64,000 nt of DNA, from the NCBI GenBank assembly GCA_964016885.1, contig OZ024743.1, forward strand, positions 109,802,001-109,866,000, read 5' to 3'. Below are positions 14,890-29,134 of the stretch, piece after piece. Each line of letters starts with the position of its first letter. Position 1 is the first letter of the stretch. Origin of the DNA: Eledone cirrhosa. Lineage: Eukaryota. The notes under the pieces were generated by a model that was given only the letters and a program-made list of their open reading frames with translations, did not search any database and had not been told where the DNA came from. A program made the translations under genes and the position numbers.

Positions 14890-15895
14890 ATATAAGAGTG
14901 TATTGAAGTTTGCTTGAAGCATTGGGGAATAATAAGGTAAATTTCTTTAAGTCGTTTGGAAGCCTCGACAATGCAGATGGGTAAAATCTCCGAGTAACAA
15001 GATCCGGTGGTGGAGAGAGAGATGTAAGTGGGTGTACGTTGATATGCGTGGCGTGTATAAGACTGTAACGTGTAGAGGATTGAAGGAAAGATTGTAAAGG
15101 ATAAAAATAAAAATAACAACACGAGAAAGAGTTACCTCGGGAGAGATTTAATTGTCCCTATATATTTCGGATTCACTTCCATCAACTGGGGTTTTTTTGG
15201 GGGGGAGGGAGGGTTGTCTGTCGGAATGGTGCTAAACGTGTCCTCCGCTGTACGTTGTTTTGAATATCTGATGTATTCAGCAGAGCGCGCGTGCGCGTGA
15301 AATGGGGGCGGTCAGGCAGAGGTCAGCGGCCGAAGTAGTTCTTTCAATTTTGGGAGCGAGGTGGGGTGGCACTAGCTGTCAGTCCATTCTCACCCTGTTT
15401 GGTGATTGTTACTGTGTGTGTGTGCGTGTGTTGTTGTCTCGCTTGAGTGTGTGTGTGCGTGTGTTGCTGTCTCGCTTGTGTGTGTGTGTGCGTGTGTTGC
15501 TGCATCGATTGTTAACTTTAACCAACCACCTCATTTCGCTTCTCTCGGATCGGTTGTTTAATTGTGGCCCTAGGCGTTTGATCTAAAGTGCTTCCTTGAT
15601 ACGTAACGTGCCGACGTTTCTTTCTGTCGCTAGTATTGTGACAATGGGCCTTCCGTCTTTGTTTCCGCATTTGGCTATGTGTTTCCGGAAAGACGAGGCC
15701 CTGGTTTTAGTGTGTTCCTTGATCCGGATGTGCAACGGCCAGATTGTGCTACCTATATAGTATTGGTTGCACTTGTTACATTCTATTTGATACAAGACGT
15801 ATGTGAGTAGGCAACAGTTCGCATGGCGCATCGGGCAGTCTCTGAGGGAGCAAGCGTCAGTTGATTTCCCGGGTTTCCTGGAGAGGCATCTTCGC
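14890..15895 (-). mobile_element. PLE 3' fragment (GIY-YIG plus 3' UTR)
   Basis: CPM..CCLLTYVLYQIECNKCNQYYIGSTIWPLHIRIKEH..LRIKEAL; degenerate hammerhead at 15154-15192 (CAGTTGA-T-GGA..TCC-GAAA-TATATA-GGG); (TA)n on both sides. Confidence 0.8.
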
Positions 15896-16264
15896 ATATA
15901 TATATATATATATATATATATCAAGTAAGAATATTTTAGAAATAGCGAGCGAATTTGAATTATAAATGTAAGCTATCGCCGTATTTTGACTAAGGAAATT
16001 AAAGAATATACGGCGATAGCTTACTTTTATAATTTTTATATATATATATGATAAAATGACAGGAGGCTGGGCTTTTGTAAATCCTTGCAAGTTTTATTAT
16101 AATATGATCACTTCAATGACCGGGTTCCCTATGAATCCGGTGATATCATCAGGTTTTCGAAATATAATTAATGAATGTAACAGATAAAATCCATGGGGCT
16201 AATAATCATAGACTTGAGGACGACCGACCATTTAGCATCTTCCAATTTAACCGGCTATATATGT

Positions 16265-17141
16265 ATATACTGTTTGTTTACAAAAAAACGAGCATTATAA
16301 TAAATGTTCGGTAAACCCATACGTACATATATATATATATATATATATATATGTGCATGTCTGTATGTATATACATAATACTGTACGTCTGTATACATAT
16401 ATGTATGTACGTATACATACTTATATTTAAATATTAGCCGTACTAAGAGTGAGAAACGAAAATTTCATTTTTTCTATGTATATATATATATACTTATATA
16501 TACATGGAAAAAATGACAAACAGCCTGAATTAAGCCGTACTGTGTTCGGCACCCTTCCTGTCAGTCGATTGACAGTTTGAAAGTATATATTTGTCAGTGT
16601 TGAACAAAAGTGCAACGATGGTTGCCGAACACTGTACGGTTCAATTCGGGATGTTTGTTTACAAACAAACCGAGCATTATAATAAATGTTCGGTAAACCC
16701 ATACGTACATATATATATATATATGTGTGTGCATGAATGTATCTATATACATACTACTGTACGTCTGTATACATATATGTATGTACGCATGCATACTTAT
16801 ATTTAAGTATCAGCCGTACTAAGAGTGAGAAATGAAATTTCAATTTCATTTTTTCCATTTATCCTTTCCGATACGCCCGGCCGACTAACTCATTCGATAT
16901 AGAAATTAGGCTGCTCAGCCGTTAATATGTATAAGGAAAGTATATACTTTCAAACGTTCAATCGAGTGACAGGAAGGTATACGTTGCTGTTGACAACTAA
17001 TCAGCTATTAACTAGTTCATCGTTCCTTTGTCAGTGTTGTACAAAAGGTCAACGATGGTTGCCTAACACTGTACGGCTTAATTCGGGATGTTTGTTTACA
17101 AACACACCGAGCTTTATAATAAATGTTCAGTAAACCCATAC

Positions 17142-17192
<51 letters not shown>

Positions 17193-17264
17193 CATGTCTG
17201 TATGTATATACATACTACTGTACGTCTGTATTAATATATCTACGTACGTATACATACTTATATT

Positions 17265-17265
<1 letters not shown>
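16265..17265 (+). repeat. Three tandem copies of a 200-300-bp unit with internal inversions
   Basis: tgtttgtttacaaa..cgagc(a/t)ttataataaatgttc(g/a)gtaaacccatacgtacat at about 16270, 16650 and 17090; 16520-16590 is inverted relative to 16620-16650 and 16940-16978. Confidence 0.8.
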
Positions 17266-17350
<85 letters not shown>

Positions 17351-17351
<1 letters not shown>

Positions 17352-17524
17352 GAAGGCAATCCAAAAAGTAAGGTCTCCTTTCGATATTGGATCCTTTACA
17401 TTTAAATCCTGTGGATGTTGCTTCGGGATACATCTGGAACCAAAATGCAGAGAGCATGTAGAGTAATCCACCGATCTTTACGCATGTTTTCCTCTGAAAG
17501 AGACCTTACTTTTGGGATTGCCCT
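17351..17524. mobile_element. Mariner/Tc1-type MITE
   Basis: TIRs cgaaggcaatccaaaaagtaaggtctc / gagaccttacttttgggattgccct within (TA)n. A related solo TIR (ggagaccttaattatcgggttaccctcgt) ends at about 17744. Confidence 0.7.
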
Positions 17525-17742
17525 ATATATATAATAACTGCGCGAAATTTGCACTTGGAAGTAGCGTTCAACGGGAGTTCCATTCTCAACGGCTGCCAAG
17601 CCAAGATTGAGCATCCCAGCGAAACACGCGCATGCTTGTTTACGAGTGAATTACGCACCAATCACAAGTGTTGCCAACAGCCGTACGAACAGTTTCTCTA
17701 CGTCCCCATCGCTTTGGAGACCTTAATTATCGGGTTACCCTC

Positions 17743-17859
<117 letters not shown>

Positions 17860-17965
17860 TATGCAAACGTTCTATTTACAATTGTTGGGATACAACAGCC
17901 TCCAAAAGTAATGGTTGTATTTTAAAAGGGTACGTCAAAGCTATTTGTAAAACTGTTATATATTG

Positions 17966-18030
17966 TAGTTTGTCTGATGAAGGCATACCATAATTTAATG
18001 TGGTAACCCTGAAATATGTATAATGAAATA
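17966..18030 (+). ncRNA. Hammerhead motif with extended stem II
   Basis: TTTGT-CTGATGA-AGG..(inner hairpin)..CCT-GAAA-TATGTATA-ATGAA; same layout as 868-939; wobble-rich stem I. Confidence 0.6.
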
Positions 18031-18069
18031 AATATGGTTTTGTAAATATAATTTCCATTTATTAATATC

Positions 18070-18608
<539 letters not shown>

Positions 18609-19166
18609 CGTATAATTGAATATACAAAAGGGCTAAACACAGATATAAACATACATGTGTTTGAATTGTGAAGGGCCAAGTTCACTAGGGTGAAAAAAAT
18701 ACTAACTATAACTGTATGGTGTGTCAGACTCAATCTAAACTATAACAAAGTAAGGAGCATTAGTAAAATAAGTTGGATTACATATTACATAATTCATGTA
18801 CTAAATTCCGTGGCTGTTGATTAAATATATTTTGTTTATTTAAAGATTCACCTCTTTAACATTTCTGAGATATCAACACTTCCGTTTGGCGATCGCCTAA
18901 ATAAATATCCTAATTTTCTGTCACTAATTTTATATATAATATCGTCTGTTTTTAATGTATCATGGATTACATTACTAATTACTTAAGACAGTGTAACGTA
19001 GTTTTCGCTCAATGTCTATGTATTATATATTATTTGATGTATTATATCTACATGTATATATATATATGCTGGCAGAAAACCCCTCGAAAGGTGGTTTTTC
19101 TACTAGTTTAAAGTAATAAATCAAGAAAAAGAAGAACAAACCTATATTGTGAAACTGCTTGAAATA

Positions 19167-19239
19167 CCCAGACAGCTTTGGTAGCTCTCTCGCAATTTAT
19201 TTAGCCAAGGAAATTACAAATGTTCTGCTCTTCAGTGGG
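19167..19239 (-). ncRNA. Degenerate hammerhead motif
   Basis: Minus strand CCCA-CTGAAGA-GCA..TGC-GAGA-GAGCT accaa AGCTG-TC-TGGG; two substitutions away from GAAACAGCT..AGCTGTC. Confidence 0.6.
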
Positions 19240-19665
19240 TGTAAAAAATCAGTGAACCCTCCACTTATATATATATCAGAAGACTGAATAGTGTCCGAAT
19301 ATGAAATAACGCACATAGCATCAGAACCTAGCGTTTCTCATAAACATACTCTGCTAAAATTAACAGCCGGGTTTACACGATATTTAAATTAGCTCGTTAA
19401 GACGGAGCCGACAATATCAGGTATTGAGTTAGAAACTCAAAATAGTCTCTTACAATTAAATAGCTCCAAGACAGAAGTTTTTCTGAGACGTGTAATATAA
19501 TTAAATATATAAAAGAGATAAACACAGATATACGCGTACATGTGTTCGAATTGTCTATATATGTGTGTATCTCTCTTGTATATTCAATTACATTACACGG
19601 GTCAGAAAACTTCTTTCTTGGAGCTATTTAATTTTAAGAGACTATTTTGAGTTTCTAACTCAATA

Positions 19666-19746
<81 letters not shown>

Positions 19747-19802
19747 GTAGAAGAGTAACAAACGAGGTGATATATATAAAATCTAATAGTACAAAGGAAA
19801 TA

Positions 19803-20245
19803 GATTCTTTCAGTAGAAAATGTTGAAACTATTTTTTTTTCAGTGACAGATCAAAACATTAATTTATTTACAATATCGGTTTCAGCATTAAATTCATTTT
19901 CAATTGCGGATATGCAGAATATTGTTAACTTGCATATTTGTACAAATAATGATAATAGTAATAATGAAGGAAATGAAAATAAAAAGAGGTAGGAAAATTT
20001 ATTTTCACATACATGTTCATACAGAGAAGATAGTTAATTTCTCTGTCTATCCTACTCTGCTTATAGCTATAAGCATTATTATTATTACCATTATCACTAT
20101 TTGTACAAATATGCAAATTAACAATATTCTGCATATCCGCAATTGACAATGCATTTAATGCTGAAACCGGTATTGTTAATAAATTAATGTTTTGATCTGT
20201 CACTTAAAAAAAAATAGTTTCAACATTTTCTACTGAAACCAATCT
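19803..20245. repeat. Foldback (about 165-bp arms, about 100-bp spacer) of a repeat 3' end
   Basis: 19803-19965 is inverted to 20066-20245; the left arm plus spacer is homologous on the minus strand to 39165-39620. Confidence 0.85.
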
Positions 20246-20288
20246 CCAACATTTTCTCCGGAAATAATTTTTTTCCTTTCTGCTATTT

Positions 20289-20335
<47 letters not shown>

Positions 20336-20501
20336 ATGAAAGAGCCGGGACCCCAACGGCTGAGCTCTTGCCCTTTCAAATGCTAATTCCAGAGGGCAAG
20401 TTCTCAGTCGTCGGATCCCGACTCGTTCATATTACTATACACTACTTCCCCAAGTATCGAGTACTCTGGAGAGTAATGGTCTAAACAGGTTTTTACTGCA
20501 T

Positions 20502-20614
<113 letters not shown>

Positions 20615-20673
20615 TATGTATATATATATTAAGAGAGTAAAACAAAGAATCCTTTAATACATCAAAAGTTTTT

Positions 20674-20718
20674 ATTAGCCGACAATGTTTCGTCCTATTA
20701 AGGACTCATCAGGGCAAT
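20674..20718 (-). ncRNA. Canonical minimal type I hammerhead ribozyme
   Basis: Minus strand GCC-CTGATGA-GTCC ttaata GGAC-GAAA-C att G-TC|GGC; complete core with a GUC cleavage triplet. Confidence 0.85.
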
Positions 20719-21052
20719 CAAAACAACAAGAGGTAATATCGGCAGATACAAGCCAGAAACTCTGAAGAATATGGAGTGTACATACACTAATGTCTTACAA
20801 AGATATACGATAATAAAAATGAAAATAAAGATAAAAATAATAAAAATATATAATAACTAAGGATGTAGATAACATTAAGAACCATATTACAAATATAGTC
20901 CAAAGCCACCAACCTAAATCTAAACAAATTTGGTTATATAGAGCAGGAATTATATATAACACAATATAATACATTATAATAATAATATATTTATACCAAC
21001 ATTAAAATTCCAAATTAAAAATCAAAAGGTACAATATATACATGTATATATG

Positions 21053-21112
<60 letters not shown>

Positions 21113-23297
21113 ACAATACACATATCTATGTTCTATTACACATAAATTAAGCCCTATTAGAAGTTTGAATATTAAAAATAAGCATGGTAATAGTGAAAAT
21201 AATACTAATACATCTACCCAATATACATGAGGCAATAATATGATATAATTACAAGAAACACATATAACAAATAATAAACAACAACATTATATAATTCAAT
21301 ACAATATAATAAAGTAGAATAGATAATCCCCGGTTAATTTACAGAAACAATATAGATGTCACAATGAAATACAATGATAAAATGTTAACATTATATTAAC
21401 AAGTACCATAAACAATATATACAAATTGATTCATACTGGGTTACATAATAAATGAGGAAATATGAATCATAAAAAAACTATAATGGTACAGGGAAAAATT
21501 GTGATGTTACAGAAAAAATATGATGTTACAGAAAAAAATATACAGACATCTAACATGATATGTAAAGTCTAAATATCATAATGTTACATATTACAATATT
21601 AAAAAAATCCAGACATCTTACATGACATATAAAGTTTAAATATCATAATGTTATATATAATGAACGGTAAGTAATAAGGATCTATATCATAATGTAATAT
21701 ATTTTAAAATTGGCATAAAATATATAAATACTTATAATTACAAGGTTAGTAGACAGACATGTGTGGATGAGTGAGCGAAGCCAGACAGTGAATAGTAAAT
21801 AGAATATAGAATAAAACAAATAAATACAATCAACCGGAAATTACAAAACAAAAGCAAATGTATACACATTTAGGCCTCGCGTGCATTAAGAAATTAGGTA
21901 AACACCAAGGGAAGCGATCATTTTAAATGACTACAAACCCTATCTGATAAATTAATATTAAAAATATCGAACCCGTCCAATAAGGTAGTATAATATTAGC
22001 TGTAGTTTAAGTCATTAAAGTATATAAACTTTAATGTATCATTACAAATGTTTACAAAAAGGAATAAAATTACACTATCATATACGCAACGATATCTAAA
22101 AAACTGACTTAAGTAGAGTTAAGGTAGGCTAATGGGGACAGAATTGACTAAATATATGGAGGGTGCGAAGTGGCATAAAATATATTCGATATACTATAAT
22201 AAATAATAGAACGGAGCATAAAAAGAGGGGGGGGGTTAAATATAATCATATTCAATCTGGAGGGGTTGACAATAAGTTTATGTGTGCATGGAGGGGGGGG
22301 GGAGAAAGGGGGGGTTGTCGATAGATAAATCAGAATAGATTTAGAAATAAAAATAGAATTAAAAATAAAAATAAAAATAATATTAAAATTAAAATTAAAG
22401 TTAATAATAATAAAAAAATATAAAGATAATAATAGAATAACGTAAGTGGCGTAAAGTGTGTAATCTTATGTATACTAACAAGGTGTAATAGTGAAGACAT
22501 AGATATGGTACAGTGGCCAAATGATTATGAGAGCTAGAATGAAGAGTCATCAAAAACCAATGATAACATTAATGTTGGCAAACAAAAGAACCCAAACAAA
22601 AAACTAAGTAATGGAATATATCTGCTAATGGGTACAATTTGTACTACTAGAACATTTGGGTTTATAATAAAAATAAGAATTAGAAATGGCATGGGGGCAA
22701 GAAGAGAATATCTCAGACTTTCTATTCAGTAAGGGTACGCTAGAGAAAATAATAGAGTGTGTCTCAAGTATACAGAGATTACAAAACTTACTATGTGCAG
22801 AAAGGTGGTTAGAACGTGCTACTAAACTCCAGTTAAGGCTATATGGTATATAAGCTCCCTTAAGATCCCAGATATAATGCGCTAGAGAGGTAGAATTCTT
22901 AAACCTAACATGTTTGAAGTTAGAGATATGAGAGTTAAACCTAGTCTTAAAAGTGTTTGAAGTAGATCCTATATACGTTCTTTTAGAGGAATTAGTTATA
23001 ACCTCGCAAGCATAGACAATGTTCTTAGAAAGGCAGTTACCGTTTAGAGGGTAGTTAGCACTCACTCTACAACTGCACTTCCGGGTGTTATTGGTTGGCT
23101 CGAGTGGTGATGTATTGCACGTAGGACCTCTATTAGATAAGGACTGTTCTGGTGGTAAAGCATTGTCCGATGCATTCAGACTAGTAGTATGTAGAGAGGA
23201 GAATCCATCCCTAATTTTCCTATTATTAATGCTAGCTAAATGAGAACTAATATTATATTCTGGCTTGTATCTGCCGATATTACCTCTTGTTGTTTTG

Positions 23298-23342
23298 ATT
23301 GCCCTGATGAGTCCTTAATAGGACAAAACATTGTCAGCTAAT
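23298..23342 (+). ncRNA. Mutated copy of the 20674-20718 hammerhead
   Basis: GCC-CTGATGA-GTCC ttaata GGAC-AAAA-CATTGTC-AGC; two G>A changes, both at CpG sites, one in the catalytic GAAA. Confidence 0.7.
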
Positions 23343-23487
23343 AAAAACTTTTGATGTATTAAAGGATTCTTTGTTTTACTCTCTTAATTTTTTGGCTCTG
23401 TTTAACTGCATTGAGCTATACCTTTTACTGTCATTTCTATAATACGAAGAGGGTGTTTGACTCAAACACGCTCCAGTATTCTAATCC

Positions 23488-23525
<38 letters not shown>

Positions 23526-23791
23526 TTATATGATAAAGCTATATCGGGATACTTAGGGAAATATGTATTGGGCATGTTTACGTGTCTACATACTATTGTA
23601 GTTGTGGTGTGAATGATGATGATGTTGTGGTTCCTCTCGTTGCTGCTGATGAGGTTTCCTTTTATATAACTTGTTTGAAGATAACGTTGTTCCCTATTCA
23701 TACAAACAGGTATGCATGTATGTGCGTATATATGTGTGCGTACAAATATATACATGATACTTTAATACACATACACACATATCTATATATG

Positions 23792-23862
<71 letters not shown>

Positions 23863-24763
23863 GCGATTGTGACTTCGTAAAATAAAAGATGGAAACAATG
23901 AAGTTAGAAAATGAGGGGAATATCATTTAACCGAGATTTGCTAAGAGAATATAAATCTTTTTTAAATATTTGAATTCCCTTGACACCATTTCCGTTTACA
24001 ATAACACTAAATTTCAACAAAAATATGTCTTAACTCTATTGCATAATTTATTCCACAGAGCTTTAATATAACAGTCCATTATAATTAAATTGCCGTTTGA
24101 TAAAAACTAATGTGTATTTTTTTTTAACAGGAATTTCTAATTGCATATTTCTCGATTTTAAGTCGTTACCATTTTCTATTGAAATTTTATATTTTGTTCC
24201 ATATTTCATACATTATATTGATGTTATTTTTTCTAACTAAAATATTCCTATTTCCAACATTTTTCTATTCACGTCTGTAATATTTGGAATTCTGTAATTG
24301 TGTATTGTGTTATGGAATAGGCGTAAGAAATAATCGTTGTCAATTTTATAGCTGGGTCAGCACTGAGCATCAAAAGGTTAGAAAATGATGACAAAGATTG
24401 CATTCAATTTTTCATAGCACATTTAACGTAATATATATAAAATTCAGGAAGTGTAACCGAATAACGTTATATGAATTCGGAATAGGTTAAAAGCAGGAGG
24501 CAAGGATATCGCTAAGCTTTCCTTCCTATATTGGCCCCTCTGTCAGAAAAAAAAAGATAAAATAATGATGTTCTCCATACAACATTGCTGAGGGTCAAAT
24601 TACAATTGATATAAATGGGATACGGCAGATACAATATTCACGAGCCTTATGTTCTGCAACAAGACAATGACAATTGGAATAAAAATGTATGTTTCAACCA
24701 ATTTATACGACATAAAAATCTTACCAACTCGATGTCATTCTTCTATTTTCTGGTCAATTATAA

Positions 24764-26497
24764 CACCCGGTAACAAGAGAAACATTTTTCTCTGTTCCTG
24801 GCTTGTAATCACTTTTTTGTGTTGCTTGGGTCCCAAATAAATAAAAAAAAGTGCTATTAAACAGTTAAAAGTTTGTGTTTGTAACAATTCTAAGCTATTC
24901 ACTAGAATTATTTGTATGCTGGATTTTACGTTGTATGTAAGTTTAATTTGCTTTTGTTAAATGATTTTTTAATATATGTTTCAGGTTAAATTAAAATTAT
25001 AAAATAAAATGTAATACCTAAAGAAAATTATAAAAGTGCAATAAAGTATAAAATTGTTAAAAAGAGGATTAAAGAGATTTATTGATACTGAATTTTCCCA
25101 TCCTGAATAAAGGGTATGATGTGTTTTAAGCATTCGTCTCCAGGATGAAGCAGTGGAAATTAGTCAAGGAAGAAGTGCAATTGACAAGTCAGAGAAGTAG
25201 ACACGAACCTTTCTCTGGCTTTTACACTCTTAGGGATGGCCTCTGCTTCTGCCATGACTGCCTGGACTGTTTGACGTTATTGGGGTGCCGTTTGTGCCCA
25301 AGGATTGGCGGCTATTTATAGACAGCCCCACCACAAGTTTGAAGGCTGTCCTCCTCCACTATGGAAACAAGTTGCCGACACTAGCTCATTCAGTCTGCCT
25401 GAAGGAAGATGACTACAGTGCGAATATCCTCTTGGAACCTCTGCAATACAACCAGTACAATTGGGAAATCATTGGAGACTTCAAGATGGTAACTTTCTTG
25501 CTTGGACTCCAAGGAGGCTTTATCAAATTCCAATCCTTCCTCTGCCTTTGGGACAGCAGAGCCACCTCTGACCACTACAAAAGAAAGAACTGGGAGCAGC
25601 GAACAGAATTTGTAGTTGGGACCCGGAACGTCATGTGGGAGCCACTGGATGATCCCAGGATTGTGCTCATGCCACCACTGCATATTAATTTGGGGTTGAT
25701 GAAGCAGTTTGTGAAGGCTCTAAACCGAAAATCAGCCGCTTTTAAGTACCTTCTTGAGTCCTTCCCCAAGTTATTTGAGGCCACAATCAAAGGTGGAATT
25801 TTTGTTGGACCCCAGATAAAGAAGGTGTTTGCGTCTACCGAGTTCTCCAATAAGCTCAATAGGATGGAAAGAACAGCATGGAACTGTCTCAGAACAGTTG
25901 TTAAGGGCATCATGGACAACTGCAGAGTTGAAAACTACCAGCAACTGGTGCAGGATCTGATAAAGGCTTTTGGCACAATGGGATGCAGTATTTCTCTTAA
26001 ACTCTATATGCTGGACTCTCACCAGGAAACATTCAAGGATAATATGGGCGCCTACTCAGAGGAACAAGGCAAACGATTCCACTAAGATGTGAAAGAGATA
26101 GAGCGGAGGTAGCAGGGCTACTACAATGAAAAAATGATGGGAGACTATCACTGGGGGCTAGTGCGGGAAGGCGACCAGGACTACAACCGCAAATCTAGGA
26201 TATCCAGTCATTTCTGACGTGTATAAGTTGCTTTATAATGTTATTTGTTTTTACTTGTTTGGTTTTTATAAGCTTGTGTAATAAAATAAATAAATACTCT
26301 GTTTATTTAATTATATGAACTGAAAATTAAACAAAAATGTGTTTTATTCTTGAAAAATGTGAACATTTTGAAATATCAAACTCCTGACTACAAACCCAAA
26401 CATCTGATTAAATAATAGAATTTTCTCATAATAATGGGATATAGCAAACCAGGAAATAACACTTAGAACCGGGGACCAAGTCATATGTTACACGGTG
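24764..26497 (+). mobile_element. Chapaev3-type (CMC) DNA transposon, internally deleted
   Basis: Ends CACCCGGTAACA...TGTTACACGGTG with a 3-bp TAA TSD (24761-63 and 26498-500). Transposase motifs WRLFIDS, GDFKMV..LLGLQGGF, CLWDSRA, PPLHINLGLMKQFV, SEEQGKRFH. Confidence 0.85.
25285..26085 (+). pseudogene. C-terminal part of a Chapaev3-type transposase
   Basis: 266-aa ORF lacking its N-terminus, with a premature stop after RFH; homology continues to about 26217. Confidence 0.8.
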
Positions 26498-27107
26498 TAA
26501 TCAATCTAATTACAGAAGTTTGTCTACCTTGTCTTATTTTATAACAATGTTATAAAATTGGCTGACCGTAGGATAAAATGCCCTTTTGCTATTTAGTCTA
26601 GCTCTTTACATTTGTGTTGACAACACCCAAATCAACTTTGAATTCATTCTTCCAGTGTCAATATATTCTAGTATCTGTCTAGCATAGTAGTTTATTTAAT
26701 TCAGTTTGCCCTTCCACTGAATTTACTGGCCACTCTCTAAATTATAAATCAATATTTGCAGGAACCTGAGCGTCATGCATATCTCAATTAAATATCTAAC
26801 AAGCTTCAAACATTTATTAAATAATTAATAATTACACTTAAAATTCCCCCCTATTTTAGTTTATATAAATCAGTAGATTATTTTAATGCATATTTGTAAT
26901 TTTCAGAAAAATTTCGTGGAAGGTACTTAAGTATTCTATCTAAACAAAACAGATTTTGTCTTAGTATTTCTTGTTTGTATTCCGTAGAAACTAGTTTAAT
27001 GTTATTTTTTTTATTCAGCATGCAATATATCAATTGCATGTTTTCTTACTAAATATTTCAGGAATCCATGTCAATGCGGGATCATTTAAAAAAAAAAAAT
27101 TATTTGG

Positions 27108-27378
27108 TTCATTTACCGGTTTCACAGTCCTTGTGCTTTTCAAAAGTAGAATTGAAATGGAGGGTAAAGGTTTTTCGAGAAAAACCGCAAACCCTCCATC
27201 TCAATTCTACTTTTGAAAAGTACAAGAACCGTGAAACAGGTAAATGTATTTACCTGTGAAACAGGTAAATGTATTTAAACAAAAAATGACTCCAGTTGCG
27301 TTTTGGATTTCATCTTTTTTCCTTATACTTTCACTCGTGTAGGACACCTCGTTTTTTTCTGTTTTAAAAAAACCTCAC

Positions 27379-27385
<7 letters not shown>
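27108..27385 (+). repeat. Foldback repeat 3' end (palindrome 27110-27247) ending in (TA)n
   Basis: atttaccggtttcac..aattgaaatggagggt pairs with accctccatctcaattc..gtgaaacaggtaaat; a single-arm homolog lies at 33095-33305. Confidence 0.75.
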
Positions 27386-27420
<35 letters not shown>

Positions 27421-27469
27421 ATATATATATATATGTGTATGTGTATGTATATATATATATATATATAAA

Positions 27470-28760
27470 TTTTATATTAGCAACAAGGGCACAAAAGAAG
27501 GGGACAAATACAAATGGGGAGTTTACATACAGGTATATGAAAATAAAACTATTAATAAAATAACAAATAACAATTGATATCCCCAATATTGGGGAGTTGT
27601 TACACAGCGGTTGTACACATCCCGAAAAAGTGTACAACCTTCATCTCCAGGAGCACCAAGAGTGAGTACTCCCTTACTCTCTTCCTCTTTTTCCTCAACC
27701 TACAGGCTTATATAGAGAGAAGACCCAACCACTCGGGCCATATTTGCCACATTCACCCACCTTTTATAAAATTTGCTGGGGTACAGCACCTCTCTCTCCA
27801 TCCTGATTCTTCTTACAAAATGATATTTGAAAAAATGAATCAGTTGCTCGCCATAGCGATAACACATAGGAAAACCGCCTCTCCCTCGTTTTTGAAGGAG
27901 GGTGGCGGTTTTATCATGACAATGGACTCGGTGGTCAACTGGATTGGTCCCACCCGCGACAATAGTCGTTCTACATAGCCTCACATGTCGATAACCCAGT
28001 GTACAAATGCGTGCGCGACGGTTTCTTCGGCGCGCGCGCATCTCGGACAGATCTTTTTCGAAGGGTCCCTACCCGGGCGCCCGCGTCTGTAGAGCTTGTC
28101 TCGAACTGGTAGAGCTCCTTGGTAGCACTGCCAGGCCAGAGACTTTTGGAAGTAGTCCATTGGTCCCGCCAGTTCGTCCTCCTCTACGCCCAGAATATCT
28201 CCTAGCGTGTCGTCGCACTTGCTGCGGACCAACCCTCTATAGAATGTCGAAGTGGAGTCTCCACTGAGCGCCGGGTCCGTTTGCCAGAGAACTGTGAGCG
28301 CCTGAGCACATTCGATGTGCCAGTCGCCCATTTTGCCCGGTCTTTGCTTGACCCAGGACTGCACCTCAAACAGCGAGACGAGTCGTGGGAAGGCTCGCCT
28401 CACGAACGGGGCCGACACCGATTGTCTGGTGAGGAATACGTGGAGGTGCCGCAGCCTGAGCGCGTGTTTGCGTATCGTCAGCCACTGCATCCTCAGCCCT
28501 CCGTTTGAAGGGTGTTGGCAGCAGATGGATATTCTCACCAAAGGAGCCCGTTTCTTCCAAAGGAATTGGAAGAGCGCGCGATCAATTTAGGTGAGCGTTT
28601 TAGCTGGATAAGGCACGACGGTCAAGCGGTAGTAGATGACGGACGCTATAAAAGTGTTCGCCACCTCCGCTAGACCTTTCAAGTATAGTTTGCACTCGGT
28701 CCACTTCTGAGTGACTGCAAAAACATTGGCCGTCACCTCGTTCCAGTTCTTCTCCACACG
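27470..28760 (-). mobile_element. Tx1/L1-clade LINE 3' fragment
   Basis: FQKSLAWQCYQGALPVRDKLYR..CPRCARAEETVAHAFV; homologous to 42488-43600. Confidence 0.85.
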
Positions 28761-28781
28761 AGTTGTGATATATTAGTACAA

Positions 28782-29134
28782 GGAAAAGAAAATGCTGATA
28801 AATTTTTCCCAGTGAAAAATAGTTTAATTAGTAATAAGTATAAATTAGTAATAGTATTGGTTAGTATTCAGTTTTAGTTTTAAGCTTTTATCGGTTGCGC
28901 ATTTCTAATGCTTTTCAAAAATAATTCTGAGATACAGCGCTCGTGATGTTTGCTCTAATCTGATTAGAGCAAACATCACGAGTGCTCTATCTCAAACTTA
29001 TTTTTGAAAAGCATTAGAAATGCGCAAACGGTAAAAAGTAAAACTGAATACTAACCCATACTTATGACTAATTTATACTTATTCCTAATTAAACTATTTT
29101 TCACTCTGAAAAATTTATCAGCATTTTCTTTTCC
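28782..29134. repeat. Near-perfect 350-bp palindrome with almost no spacer
   Basis: Centre ctcgtgatgtttgctctaatc t gattagagcaaacatcacgag; arms extend to gaaaagaaaatgctgataaattt / aaatttatcagcattttcttttc. Confidence 0.9.

Larger units (their letters stand above)
20628..23490 (-). mobile_element. 5'-truncated PLE (GIY-YIG plus about 2-kb 3' region) with an inverted 130-bp end duplicate
   Basis: ORF 22625-23065: PLNGNCLSKNIVY..YIGST..FKTRFNSH..CNLC..LLNRKSE..CPH. 20628-20758 is the reverse complement of 23258-23388. (TA)n at both ends. Confidence 0.85.
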
